From: an uncultured Granulicatella sp.
Lineage (GTDB): Bacteria; Bacillota; Bacilli; Lactobacillales; Aerococcaceae
Reading direction: 5' to 3'
DNA: 64,000 nt
Assembly (NCBI GenBank): GCA_963523795.1
Contig: CAURER010000006.1
Span: 218-64,217, forward strand
A program made the translations under genes and the position numbers. The notes under the pieces are model-generated. The model had not been told where the DNA came from and made no database searches. It saw nothing but the letters and a program-made list of their open reading frames with translations. Within the stretch, counting starts at the first letter, position 1; each line of letters opens with the position of its first letter. Positions 9,635-21,027 of the stretch are shown piece after piece.

Positions 9635-10993
9635 ATGTTTAAAAAAACGTCTGTAAATTTATTAGATGGACCTATTTTACGCTCTATTATTGCTTTTGCA
9701 ATTCCCATCTTAATTTCAAATATTTTTCAACAATTATATAACACCGCGGATATTATGATTGTAGGTCGTTATTTAGGAGCAAATGCTCTTGCAGGTGTTG
9801 GTGCTACTGCTGCCATTTTCGAACTTGTTATCGGGTTTGCACTTGGAGTAGGAAATGGCATGGGCGTTGTCATCGCTCGCTGTTTTGGTGCACAAGATAT
9901 GACACAATTAAAACGAGCAGTTGCTTCAACATTAGTAATTGGGCTAGGTCTTAGCTTCTTAGTTTCAACAATCGGTCACTTTGGAATGTATCCTTTATTA
10001 GAATTTTTAGGAACTCCAACTGAAATCATTGATTTATCGTACCAATATATTCATATGATTGTCCTATGTGTAGGAGTCACATTTGCTTATAATCTCTGCG
10101 CTGGTTTACTTCGTGCAGTTGGAGATAGTCAAGCAGCATTATATTTTTTAATATTTTCTGCTATTGTTAATATTATTTTAGATTTATTCTTTATTACTCA
10201 ATTACACTTAGGTGTGCAATCAGCAGGTTTAGCTACCATTATTTCTCAGGGACTTTCTGCTATTCTTTGTTATTTTTATATTCGAAAAAGAGCCAATTTC
10301 TTATTGCCACAGCGAAAACATTTTATATGGGATAAAGAATTGTATCTTGATTTATTAGGACAAAGTCTAGCAATGGGACTAATGACTTCAATTGTTTCTA
10401 TCGGAACAGTTACCTTACAAACTTCGATTAATGCGCTAGGAGCAACGATTATTAGTGCACAAACATCTGCTAGAAGAATTATGTCGTTTTCAATGCTACC
10501 TGTTTCAGCGATTGCATCATCTTTAACAACCTTTACTTCTCAAAATTTAGGAGCGAATCGTCCTCAAAGAATTCAACGAGGCATTTATTTAGGAAGTATG
10601 GTTGCAATTGTATGGACAATCTTTGTTGCCATTACATTATTTTTTGCCAGTCCATCATTAAACGAATTAATTTCTGGTTCGACTGATCCTGAACTAATCT
10701 CGAATGCATCTCTTTATAATCGTATTAGTTCATCATTTTATCCAGTATTAGCCGTTTTACTAGTCCTTCGAAATAGTTTACAAGGATTAGGACAAAAAAT
10801 TACGCCATTAATTTCAAGTTTCATTGAATTATTTGGGAAAATTTTATTTGTTATTTTTATTATTCCATCAACTGGATATATTGGAGTTATTTTCTGTGAA
10901 CCTCTCATTTGGGTTCCTATGACGATTCAGCTATATTATTCTTATAAACATCAACCCATTATTCAATCATTAAAAAACGCATCTCATTCATAA
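9635..10993 (+). CDS. MATE family efflux transporter
   Basis: 452 aa, 12 TM. N-terminal GPILRSIIAFAIPILISNIFQQLYNTADIMIVGRYLG is typical of MATE/NorM-like proteins. Confidence 0.88.
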   Translation: MFKKTSVNLLDGPILRSIIAFAIPILISNIFQQLYNTADIMIVGRYLGANALAGVGATAAIFELVIGFALGVGNGMGVVIARCFGAQDMTQLKRAVASTLVIGLGLSFLVSTIGHFGMYPLLEFLGTPTEIIDLSYQYIHMIVLCVGVTFAYNLCAGLLRAVGDSQAALYFLIFSAIVNIILDLFFITQLHLGVQSAGLATIISQGLSAILCYFYIRKRANFLLPQRKHFIWDKELYLDLLGQSLAMGLMTSIVSIGTVTLQTSINALGATIISAQTSARRIMSFSMLPVSAIASSLTTFTSQNLGANRPQRIQRGIYLGSMVAIVWTIFVAITLFFASPSLNELISGSTDPELISNASLYNRISSSFYPVLAVLLVLRNSLQGLGQKITPLISSFIELFGKILFVIFIIPSTGYIGVIFCEPLIWVPMTIQLYYSYKHQPIIQSLKNASHS

Positions 10994-11010
10994 AACGAGA
11001 TGCGTTTTTT
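10975..11010 (+). terminator. Intrinsic terminator after the MATE gene
   Basis: AAACGCATCTC (10975-10985) pairs with GAGATGCGTTT (10997-11007), then a T-run. Confidence 0.8.
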
Positions 11011-11016
11011 ATGTAC

Positions 11017-11373
11017 TTATTTATCCGGAATAACTTTAAATAGATAATACGTAATAAATATCGTTAATAAACCTAGACCGATTTTTACATAAATAATTGG
11101 GGCAAAATAAATAGAAATCCCCATTAAAATGTAAATATAAATAATAATTTTCTTTTTACGAGATCGAGCAATGGATTTTGTTTCTAAATAATCCGATACA
11201 TAAATTCGGTATAATTTTGTATTTGCAAACCATTTTTCAAATCTTTTGGAGCTTTTTGAAAAACAGAACACTGTTAATAATAAAAATGGTGTCGTTGGCA
11301 AAACTGGAAGAACAATTCCAATTATCCCTAATACTAATGAAATCCATGCTACAACAAAATAAAATCCTCTCAT
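11017..11373 (-). CDS. YbaN family (DUF454) inner-membrane protein
   Basis: 118 aa. GIIGIVLPVLPTTPFLLLTVFCFSKSSKRFEKW matches the YbaN signature LP-LPTTPF-LL. Confidence 0.7.
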   Translation of the reverse strand: MRGFYFVVAWISLVLGIIGIVLPVLPTTPFLLLTVFCFSKSSKRFEKWFANTKLYRIYVSDYLETKSIARSRKKKIIIYIYILMGISIYFAPIIYVKIGLGLLTIFITYYLFKVIPDK

Positions 11374-11382
11374 ATTTCCTCC

Positions 11383-12738
11383 TTAAATCACTCGTTCTAA
11401 TACAGCTACTGTTTCAATCGCTGTCGTCATTGGGAACATATCTACTGGCTGAGCATACAGCGCCTGATAACCTTCTTCTTGGAATAAAGCTAAGTCACGT
11501 GCTAATGTTGCTGGATTACAGCTAACGTACACAATTTTTCTAGCTTTTGTTTTAACGGCTGCCTCGATAAATGCTCCATCTAATCCTTTTCTTGGTGGAT
11601 CGACTACAATCACATCCGGTTGTAATCCTGAGTCTACCCATGTCGGCATGACTTTTTCAGCTGCTCCCACTTCAAATGTTACATTGTCAATCTTATTCAA
11701 TCGAGCATTTTCCTTCGCCATTTGAATGGCATCCGGTACAATTTCCATGGCATAAACTTTTTTAACACGTTTGGCAAAAGCTAAACTCATTGTTCCAATT
11801 CCACAATAAGCATCCACTACTATTTCATCCCCAGTTAACTCAGCTGCCTGAATTGCTTCACGATACAACACTTCCGTTTGAATGGTATTAACTTGGAAAA
11901 ATGAACGTGAACTAATGGTAAAATTAAATTCCATTAATGCTTCTTGGAAAGCATCTTCTCCAAATAATACTTTCTTTTGAGAACCCATAATAACATTTGA
12001 TTGATGAGGTTGAATATTTTGAACAATTGACACTACTTCTGGTAATTGCTGAGTAATTTGCTCTACAACTGCCTCTTTTTGAACAAACTTCTCTGTACGA
12101 GTGACTAAAATAATCATCACTTGAGAAGTGCGCAATCCTCTACGTACAATTATATGACGTAAATCGCCAGTATGTTTTTCTTCATCATAAGCTTCAATTG
12201 CATATTTTCGTAAAATATCTCTAACAACTAAAATAATACGATCAATTTCTGGATCTTGAATATGAAAATCTTCGATTGGAACTAAGTCGTGTGAATTTTT
12301 CTTGAAAAAGCCAGTCGTTAATAAGCCATCTACCATTCTTACAGGGATTTGTGCTTTATTCCGATATCCAAATGGATGTTCCATTCCAATCGTTGGACGA
12401 ACTTCTAACTCTGGTATTTTCGCAATTGTATTCATGACATGTTTCACTTGTTTTTGTTTGAAGGCTAATTGAGCTTCATATTTCATATGTTGTAAAGGCA
12501 TTGTTCCCACTCGAGTTCCATTTGGATCAACTAATGGAATACGGTCAGGACTCGTCGATACCCATTCGACAACTTTGGCATAGCCAAATTTTTTCCCAAT
12601 TTTTAAAACATGCGCCACTACTTTTTCTCCAGGCAGCGCATTTTCAATAAAAAGAGGAAATCCATCGACTTTTGCAACACCCATTCCTTCATACGTTAAA
12701 TCATCAATTTGTACTTCTATACGATCATTTTTTTTCAT
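11383..12738 (-). CDS. rlmD: 23S rRNA (uracil-C5)-methyltransferase RlmD/RumA family (TRAM + SAM MTase)
   Basis: Start reset to ATG 12738 (SD GAGGA 5 nt upstream); the track starts at a GTG 12 nt earlier. N-terminal TRAM domain, AYCGIGT SAM motif, C-terminal VSCNPATLARD. Confidence 0.88.
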   Translation of the reverse strand: MKKNDRIEVQIDDLTYEGMGVAKVDGFPLFIENALPGEKVVAHVLKIGKKFGYAKVVEWVSTSPDRIPLVDPNGTRVGTMPLQHMKYEAQLAFKQKQVKHVMNTIAKIPELEVRPTIGMEHPFGYRNKAQIPVRMVDGLLTTGFFKKNSHDLVPIEDFHIQDPEIDRIILVVRDILRKYAIEAYDEEKHTGDLRHIIVRRGLRTSQVMIILVTRTEKFVQKEAVVEQITQQLPEVVSIVQNIQPHQSNVIMGSQKKVLFGEDAFQEALMEFNFTISSRSFFQVNTIQTEVLYREAIQAAELTGDEIVVDAYCGIGTMSLAFAKRVKKVYAMEIVPDAIQMAKENARLNKIDNVTFEVGAAEKVMPTWVDSGLQPDVIVVDPPRKGLDGAFIEAAVKTKARKIVYVSCNPATLARDLALFQEEGYQALYAQPVDMFPMTTAIETVAVLERVI

Positions 12739-12821
12739 CTCAATCCTCACTCACTACTATTTATCTGACTTATTATATCTTATTTTTATATAATTTTATA
12801 GTGAAGTATGAAATTCAAACT

Positions 12822-12857
12822 AAAAAAAGGTATTTTGACTGACCCGCCAAAATACCT
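12822..12857 (-). terminator. Intrinsic terminator of the ABC-2 exporter operon
   Basis: AGGTATTTTG (12828-12837) pairs with CAAAATACCT (12848-12857). A seven-A run on plus (12822-12828) gives the U-tail on the minus strand. Confidence 0.8.
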
Positions 12858-12897
12858 AATTCGTAACTCTCTCTCATTATATCCTTTCCACAAGAAC

Positions 12898-12976
12898 AGA
12901 CTTTCCACTGTAGTATTATCATGCATGAGATTCGCTCGCAAAGCTGCTGCCGTCCTTTACTACAGTGCAAAAGTCT
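12898..12976 (-). repeat. Long imperfect inverted repeat (18/19-nt arms, approx. 42-nt GC-rich loop) in the 3' region of the ABC-2 operon
   Basis: AGACTTTCCACTGTAGTA (12898-12915) versus TACTACAGTGCAAAAGTCT (12958-12976). Located between the permease stop (12987) and the terminator (12857). Confidence 0.6.
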
Positions 12977-12986
12977 ATTTCATATT

Positions 12987-13715
12987 TTACACAGCTTTTC
13001 TTGTCAGTTTCGCTAAAAAGAGTTCTTTTCGTGTTGGATTTAATACAATTAAGTTTACTAAGAATAAGCCTACTAACCAAGCTAATGCTACACCAATTGT
13101 TTCAAAGCTTAATTCAAAACTTTCTTTAGTAAAGAAGTCTACATAAACTCCCATAAATGTATAATGAGCAATTTTTGAAGCAGTCTCACTTAATCCAGAG
13201 AACAATGGTAAGAATGAAATAGCCATCATAGGTACTAAACCATTCACTTGCGCTTGTGATTGAGTATTAGAAAGAGAAGCAATTAATAAGTTTAATAAAA
13301 TAACACATAATGCCACAACAATCGCTACTACAAAATATTCTCCTGAATGTTTTCCAAAGTCTGCATCTACAATCATTGGAAAACTTACAATCGTTACTAG
13401 TCCAATAATAACTGGATAAAATAGTGCAGATAATAAATATTCTCCATTTCTAACACCACTGAGTAATAAAGATTTCAAGTTTTTCTTTTCCTTATCTTCA
13501 GCAATTGTTAAAGAAGTTAAACTTCCTAGTGAGACTGAGAAGGCTAATGATAAACACATAAATACCATATATGAAGAATGTAGTCCATCCTTATTCATAA
13601 ATTGGTTATATAAGATTAACATTCCATACGGTAATAAAATCGTTGCTAATAAAGTGCTATTACTTAATAATACTTGTGTGCGTAGCCAAATTAAGGCAGA
13701 TAATCGTTTAATCAT
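12987..13715 (-). CDS. ABC-2 type transporter permease
   Basis: 242 aa, 6 TM. Overlaps the upstream ATPase gene by 8 nt. Confidence 0.8.
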   Translation of the reverse strand: MIKRLSALIWLRTQVLLSNSTLLATILLPYGMLILYNQFMNKDGLHSSYMVFMCLSLAFSVSLGSLTSLTIAEDKEKKNLKSLLLSGVRNGEYLLSALFYPVIIGLVTIVSFPMIVDADFGKHSGEYFVVAIVVALCVILLNLLIASLSNTQSQAQVNGLVPMMAISFLPLFSGLSETASKIAHYTFMGVYVDFFTKESFELSFETIGVALAWLVGLFLVNLIVLNPTRKELFLAKLTRKAV

Positions 13716-14532
13716 TTAATTTCTCTCCTGTCAATTGAATAAATATTTCTTCTAAAGTTGGTTCACATGAGTGAATCGCAACGACTTGTGTTAAATCTGT
13801 TTGTCCTAATTCTTCAAATGTAATTTCTGTTTGTGTTTCATCTGCGAAAGTTAATTGAACTTTTTTCTCGTGATTATATTTTTGAATAATCGAAGAAGGT
13901 GTTCCATATTCAATTAAATGTCCTCGATTCAGTAAACTTAGACGGTCACATAATAATGTTGCTTCGTTCATATCATGTGTTGTTAAGAATATCGTTGTTC
14001 CTGCTTCTTTCAGATCTAATAATAATTCATGGATTTTCTTAGAAGTAGTTGGATCTAATCCACTTGTTGGCTCATCTAAGAATAATACTTTCGGCTTATT
14101 GATTAAAGCTCTTGCTAGAAACATTCTTTGTTTCATCCCTGTTGATAGTTTTTCTGCTGCTAAGTTTTTACTCTCATATAAATCAACTTGTTTTAACACT
14201 TCATCTACTCGTGCATTTGGTTTTCCATATAATTTTGCATAAGCTTGTAAATTTTTATAAAGGCTTAGTTTTTCATAAAATCCACTTGTATCACTCACTA
14301 ATCCGATTTGTTCTAAATCTGCTGGAGTTAACTTCTCTGATATTTTTCCTAACAATTCTGTTTGCCCGCTATCGGCATTTAATTGCCCCGTTAAGATTTT
14401 AATCATCGTTGTTTTCCCTGAACCAGATGGCCCTAAGAATCCGAAAATTTCTCCTTTATTAACTTCAAAAGAAATTTCTTCTAAAGCTACTTTTTGTCCA
14501 AATTTTTTTGTTACATTTTTTACTACAATCAT
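13708..14532 (-). CDS. ABC transporter ATP-binding protein
   Basis: 274 aa. Walker A GPSGSGKTT, signature LSTGMKQR, Walker B VLFLDEPTSGLD. Confidence 0.92.
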   Translation of the reverse strand: MIVVKNVTKKFGQKVALEEISFEVNKGEIFGFLGPSGSGKTTMIKILTGQLNADSGQTELLGKISEKLTPADLEQIGLVSDTSGFYEKLSLYKNLQAYAKLYGKPNARVDEVLKQVDLYESKNLAAEKLSTGMKQRMFLARALINKPKVLFLDEPTSGLDPTTSKKIHELLLDLKEAGTTIFLTTHDMNEATLLCDRLSLLNRGHLIEYGTPSSIIQKYNHEKKVQLTFADETQTEITFEELGQTDLTQVVAIHSCEPTLEEIFIQLTGEKLND

Positions 14533-14630
14533 GTTTATCCCCTCTTTACTGATTTCCTAACTGATGACCTTATTATAGAAAAGTTTTCTTTATTCCAGTA
14601 GTGCCTAAAGTCACTACCTACCATGACTTT

Positions 14631-14661
14631 CGTCACGACTTCTCATGCAAATCGTCACGAC
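14631..14661 (-). promoter_or_regulatory. Two exact 9-bp direct repeats (CGTCACGAC; GTCGTGACG on the coding strand), 22-bp period, upstream of the ABC-2 operon promoter
   Basis: Copies at 14631-14639 and 14653-14661. Weaker GTCATGG and GTGAC follow on the minus strand. A TATAAT -10 lies downstream with a poor -35 (TACTGG). Confidence 0.5.
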
Positions 14662-14690
14662 AAAAAAGCATACCGAAATTGGTATGCTTC
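14662..14690 (-). terminator. Intrinsic terminator after the DUF218 gene
   Basis: AGCATACC (14667-14674) pairs with GGTATGCT (14681-14688). The A-run 14662-14667 gives the U-tail on the minus strand. Confidence 0.8.
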
Positions 14691-14710
14691 GTTATTATTC
14701 ATTTAATTTT

Positions 14711-15739
14711 TTACCACAATATGCCTCTATAGGATAATATAACCAATAGAACATACAGCAATTCAAACCCTATAAAGAGTTTTTTCATTTTCACACACAT
14801 TGCTACATATTCACGAATAAAAGCGGATGGAATATAATAACTTGCAGTGGAGCAACCTAAACCATCACCTTGCATTCCAATTTGACGAGCATAAGTGCTT
14901 GTGCGAAATACATGATAGTCATTTGTTACAAATAAAAATCGAGGATTTTCAATCAATTGCTCTCCTAGTTCTTTAGAGAACAGTAAATTTTCATAAGTGG
15001 TTGTAGATTTTTCTTCTAATATAATAGCTTCTTTTGGCACATCTGTATGTTCCACTAAATAGTTATAAATCGCTTGTGCTTCAGATATTTTTTCATCACT
15101 ACCTTGTCCACCACTGGCAATAAGTTGAATATGAGGATTTTTTGATTGATGAAATGCTTGTACAGCCTTATCAATTCTCTTTTTTAGAAGAGGCGTAACT
15201 CTTTCCCCATCTAACAATCCGGCACCATGAATAATAATAAAATCATAATGCTGTTTCTTCGGCACCCATAAATAGACACAGGAGTACATCATAAATCCTA
15301 CAAATGCAAATCCAAAAATAATATAAGAATAAATGATAAACATAAATAGTATATTAATCCACGGATTATAAATGAAAAAATTATTTGTAACTAGCCCAAC
15401 TCGAATCCACATAAAAACAAAGAATAATAAAATTACAATTCCCATAATAGGTGACAAAAGATTTGCTTTAGAGAACCCTTCTTTTTTCAACAAAATAAAG
15501 CCATTAACGATTAAAAATAAACCACTCAAAAGAATCAGAACGGGAATGAGTAAAATTCCTACTATCATCACCAAATGCGCATTTTCATATCCAAAACTAA
15601 AAAAGGCATTCGCAATCGATAAAAATAAAAACAATACTTCAATCACTAATAAAGCTGGATTCCATAAACTACGATTATCTTTCCACATAGAAAAAAGTAG
15701 AGCTATCAATACGATTATCGTAATTCCATATAAAAACAT
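14711..15739 (-). CDS. Membrane protein with C-terminal YdcF/DUF218 (SanA/ElyC-like) domain
   Basis: 342 aa. About 5 N-terminal TM segments, then IIIHGAGLLDGERVTPLLKKRIDKA...LIASGGQG...STTTYENL...FVTNDYHVFR, typical of DUF218. Confidence 0.72.
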   Translation of the reverse strand: MFLYGITIIVLIALLFSMWKDNRSLWNPALLVIEVLFLFLSIANAFFSFGYENAHLVMIVGILLIPVLILLSGLFLIVNGFILLKKEGFSKANLLSPIMGIVILLFFVFMWIRVGLVTNNFFIYNPWINILFMFIIYSYIIFGFAFVGFMMYSCVYLWVPKKQHYDFIIIHGAGLLDGERVTPLLKKRIDKAVQAFHQSKNPHIQLIASGGQGSDEKISEAQAIYNYLVEHTDVPKEAIILEEKSTTTYENLLFSKELGEQLIENPRFLFVTNDYHVFRTSTYARQIGMQGDGLGCSTASYYIPSAFIREYVAMCVKMKKLFIGFELLYVLLVILSYRGILW

Positions 15740-15753
15740 ACTAACCTACTTTC

Positions 15754-17115
15754 TTACTCTGCTAAGATTTTTTCAAAATCAAAAATTTCACCTTTTTGTT
15801 TATCACTTAAAATTAAAGCAATCACTATCCCTACAAATGCTGGAACAACCCATCCTAACGATAAAGTAGAAAACGGTAATTGGTTCATCACAGTAGATAA
15901 TGCCGATAATTTTAGGGTATCTCCTAATACTGTTAACACTGATACTAGTACTGTCAAACCTACTGTTAACTGCATTCCAATTTTAGAAAGTGGAACAAAT
16001 TTATTTAAAATGATAAGTACAACGATAATAATTGTAATTGGATATAAAATTAGTAATACCGGTAATGAAACCTTGATGACAGTATTTAATCCTAAATTAG
16101 AAATTCCAAATCCAATCAATGAGAAAACTGTTGCATATACTTTGTAAGAATATTTAGGGAATAACTCTTCAAAAAACTCTCCAGTTGAAACAATTAATCC
16201 AACCGTTGTTGTAAAGCACGTTAAAATAACCATTGCTCCTAAAAATACTTGTCCAAACACTCCAAAAATATCTTTTGAAGCAGCTGCTAAAATATATGAC
16301 CCTTTATTCACCGCTTTATCTGCTAACACATCTGCAGGTACTGTAAAATGATTTCCTAGATTTGCTAATCCTAGATATAAAATACTAAATCCTACTGCAG
16401 TTACTAAACCTACCCCGATAATCGTTTTTGTAAATTCTTCTTTTGAAGAGAAATGGAATTTTTTCAATGTATTTACTGCTACTACGCAGAAAGCAACAGA
16501 TGCTAAGGCATCTAGTGTATTGTATCCTTCAATAAATCCATTTCCAAATGAACCACCATTTTGATAAGCTGTTGCTGCTTGCATTGGTGCTACTCCTGCA
16601 TATTTAATCGCTCCTAATAATACTAAGACTAAAATTAATCCGGCAAATAATGGTGTTAAAATTTTTCCAATACTATTTAAAATTGTTGAACGATGAATCG
16701 CAATCCAATATGCTGCAGCAAAATATAAAACGGTGTAAATCAACAATGATACTGTATCTGAAATTCCCATTGAGGCTAAAGCTGACTCAAATGGCTGAAT
16801 ACTAATCGAATACGAAACAGTTGCTGTTCTTGGAATTGCAAAAAATGGTCCAATCGACAAATATAAAACAGCTAAAAATGCTACCGCAAATACTGAATGA
16901 ACTTTAGTTTCTAATTCATGTTTAAAACTTCCATTACTCGTTGCACCTACAATTAATGTAATAATGGGAATACCGACACCGGATAAAATAAATCCCGCAA
17001 TCGCTGGCCAGAAATACTCACCAGAAAACAATCCTAATGAAGGAGGAAAGATTAAATTCCCTGCTCCAAAAAAGAAACCAAATAATAATAAACCTGTTAA
17101 TAAGCCCTTCTTCAT
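15754..17115 (-). CDS. brnQ: Branched-chain amino acid transport system II carrier (LIVCS family)
   Basis: Start reset to ATG 17115 (SD AGGAGA 7 nt upstream). MKKGLLTGLLLFGFFFGAGNLIFPPSLG is the BrnQ N-terminal signature. Confidence 0.9.
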   Translation of the reverse strand: MKKGLLTGLLLFGFFFGAGNLIFPPSLGLFSGEYFWPAIAGFILSGVGIPIITLIVGATSNGSFKHELETKVHSVFAVAFLAVLYLSIGPFFAIPRTATVSYSISIQPFESALASMGISDTVSLLIYTVLYFAAAYWIAIHRSTILNSIGKILTPLFAGLILVLVLLGAIKYAGVAPMQAATAYQNGGSFGNGFIEGYNTLDALASVAFCVVAVNTLKKFHFSSKEEFTKTIIGVGLVTAVGFSILYLGLANLGNHFTVPADVLADKAVNKGSYILAAASKDIFGVFGQVFLGAMVILTCFTTTVGLIVSTGEFFEELFPKYSYKVYATVFSLIGFGISNLGLNTVIKVSLPVLLILYPITIIIVVLIILNKFVPLSKIGMQLTVGLTVLVSVLTVLGDTLKLSALSTVMNQLPFSTLSLGWVVPAFVGIVIALILSDKQKGEIFDFEKILAE

Positions 17116-17149
17116 CTTACATTCTCCTTTTTCTCTTATATACACGAAA

Positions 17150-17184
17150 GAGCACGTTGTAAAGCAACGTACTCTCCCTACAAT
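17150..17184 (-). terminator. Probable terminator after metG
   Basis: Minus-strand GAGTACGTTG / CAACGTGCTC stem (one G-U pair), then TTTCGTGTAT. Confidence 0.55.
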
Positions 17185-17202
17185 AACTGCGTTCCCTATT
17201 AA

Positions 17203-19230
<2,028 letters not shown>

Positions 19231-19310
19231 TTAAATCTATAGATAGTGTTATTTTACCATAACGATTACTAGAATTAAACCACTAACTCTTTTCTGAGCA
19301 AGTCATTATT

Positions 19311-19733
19311 TTACATCTTTTTGGGTGAGAATGCCCAAAATCTTTGTCCGATATAATTAAACCCAACAAATAAAACCATTCCAACGAATAACGCAGCATT
19401 TCCTTGTATGTTTGTAGTAACATCAGAAAGCAGCCATGCAACAAATGGCTTCGCTAACCCATAGGCAAGGACATAACAAACAGAAACATTCACGATAAAT
19501 TTCCATACAGTATACCAATCATGCCCTTTTTGTTGGAAAGTAAATCGTTTATTTAATCCATAACTAACCATACTTCCAATAATATAATTCAATGCACTCG
19601 ACACCCAATAGCTCCATGCTAATACATTAAAGCAAAAAAACATCACCGCTGTTCCCACCAGGGTATTAACGACTCCTACTAACATAAATTTTAGAAAAGT
19701 CGTATCGAAAAATAATGATAGAACTCTTTTCAT
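19311..19733 (-). CDS. GtrA family membrane protein
   Basis: Start reset to ATG 19733 (SD GGAGG). FLKFMLVGVVNTLVGTAVMF...YGLNKRFTFQ is GtrA-like. Confidence 0.75.
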   Translation of the reverse strand: MKRVLSLFFDTTFLKFMLVGVVNTLVGTAVMFFCFNVLAWSYWVSSALNYIIGSMVSYGLNKRFTFQQKGHDWYTVWKFIVNVSVCYVLAYGLAKPFVAWLLSDVTTNIQGNAALFVGMVLFVGFNYIGQRFWAFSPKKM

Positions 19734-19803
19734 AACTTTTCCTCCTATAAAAAAGAGGAGCGCTAAGCACCCCACTTTCTAACTTATAATGGATTAAAAA
19801 GGA

Positions 19804-20421
19804 TTATAATTCATCCTCTTCTTCGTCAAAATCACTATCTAACTCGTCATCACTAATAATCGATAAATCTTCATCCGCACTAACGTCTTCTTCTAAATCT
19901 TCGTCAGCACCTAATTCACTTAAATCTGAACGATATGCATCTAATTCTGTTTCTTCTTCATCATCTACATCATCGTCTAAGTCGATAACATCATCATCTT
20001 CTTCATCTTCTAACAAGCCATCTTCATCTTCTGGATCATCATCATTGTAGTCGATAAGATCTTCTTCAGATCCAAAGGCATTAATTTTTTTACGTTTTTT
20101 ACGACGTTTTTTAACATCTTCATCATCCATTGAAGATACGATTTCTTCATCAATTGAATCGATTGGATACCATGAACGTAAGCCCCAACGATTTTCTCCA
20201 AGTGAAATGAAGCTTCCATCAATATTTAAATCTGTATAAAAACGAGCCATACGTGCTTCTAATTGCTCATCGCTTAACTCCATATATGATTGAACTTCTA
20301 CTAATAATTGATTAAAGTCCATTACTTCTTGTTTTACTTCCAAGATAGCATGTGCTACTTCAACCATTGATAATTCATTTTTGTTGATTCCATCCAGTGC
20401 TTTTAATTCCAAAGGATACAC
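19804..20421 (-). CDS. rpoE: DNA-directed RNA polymerase subunit delta
   Basis: FYTDLNIDGSFISLGENRWGLRSWYP core followed by a long D/E-rich tail. The track start is GTG 20421; TTG 20412 behind SD AAGGAAG is an equally plausible start. Confidence 0.9.
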   Translation of the reverse strand: MYPLELKALDGINKNELSMVEVAHAILEVKQEVMDFNQLLVEVQSYMELSDEQLEARMARFYTDLNIDGSFISLGENRWGLRSWYPIDSIDEEIVSSMDDEDVKKRRKKRKKINAFGSEEDLIDYNDDDPEDEDGLLEDEEDDDVIDLDDDVDDEEETELDAYRSDLSELGADEDLEEDVSADEDLSIISDDELDSDFDEEEDEL

Positions 20422-20474
20422 TTCCTTTCCACATATTCCTTAACAGTATAGCATACAAAAGCCATAACACGCTA

Positions 20475-20885
20475 CTATTGCACAATGTTTTCTTTAAGAA
20501 TTTCCATATTTACTGTAAATTCTCCTAAATTTTCTCCTTGTTGAGATAATTGGTATTCAAAAGAAATTTGTTTCCAATCAGAAGAAACCTCTACTTTCTT
20601 CGTTTTAATCTCAAATAAAATTTCTTGTCCTTGAGCTAATTGATAACGACCATTTGTTTTCTTTTGATGTTGGAATAATAATTGACTCGCTACTTCACCT
20701 TCTCGGAATAATTGAACTTCTCCAGTAGATACTAGTAAATCCACTTTTGTCTGTGTTTCTTTCTCTTGATATGACAATGCTAATTGTTCGTTTTCAACTT
20801 TCCATTCAATGGATTCAATCGGTGCTTCTAATTTTGTTTGTAAGGTTTCTCCAGCTTGAATAATTTTTGTGTACACTCGAATCAT
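20475..20885 (-). CDS. DUF1934 (YwiB-like) beta-barrel protein
   Basis: Start reset to ATG 20885 (SD GGAGGTG). The approximately 136-aa size and sequence pattern resemble DUF1934, from memory only. Confidence 0.5.
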   Translation of the reverse strand: MIRVYTKIIQAGETLQTKLEAPIESIEWKVENEQLALSYQEKETQTKVDLLVSTGEVQLFREGEVASQLLFQHQKKTNGRYQLAQGQEILFEIKTKKVEVSSDWKQISFEYQLSQQGENLGEFTVNMEILKENIVQ

Positions 20886-21027
20886 TTTGACACCTCCATT
20901 CATTCGTTATGAAAAAGAGAGAAGGAGTGAATAAGAAGTCGGAAATTCCGTTTTCTATTCACCCCCAGTGACTATTTCACTTTGAAACAGTAGAAGACTA
21001 TCTACTGCGTTCAAGTTCTCTCAGTTA

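Noticed and set aside
12808-13146. 112-aa plus-strand ORF in the rlmD/ABC-2 intergenic region.
   Set aside because: No SD. It overlaps the 3' end of the minus-strand permease gene and spans a terminator and a long inverted repeat. Its composition is that of non-coding sequence.
20926-21007. Two hairpins downstream of gatB (GTGAATAAGAAGTCGGAAATTCCGTTTTCTATTCAC, and CAGTAGA-N6-TCTACTG) were considered as a possible small RNA.
   Set aside because: They are most simply the gatCAB operon terminator region. No promoter precedes them, and the space is only approx. 120 nt between gatB and the DUF1934 gene.
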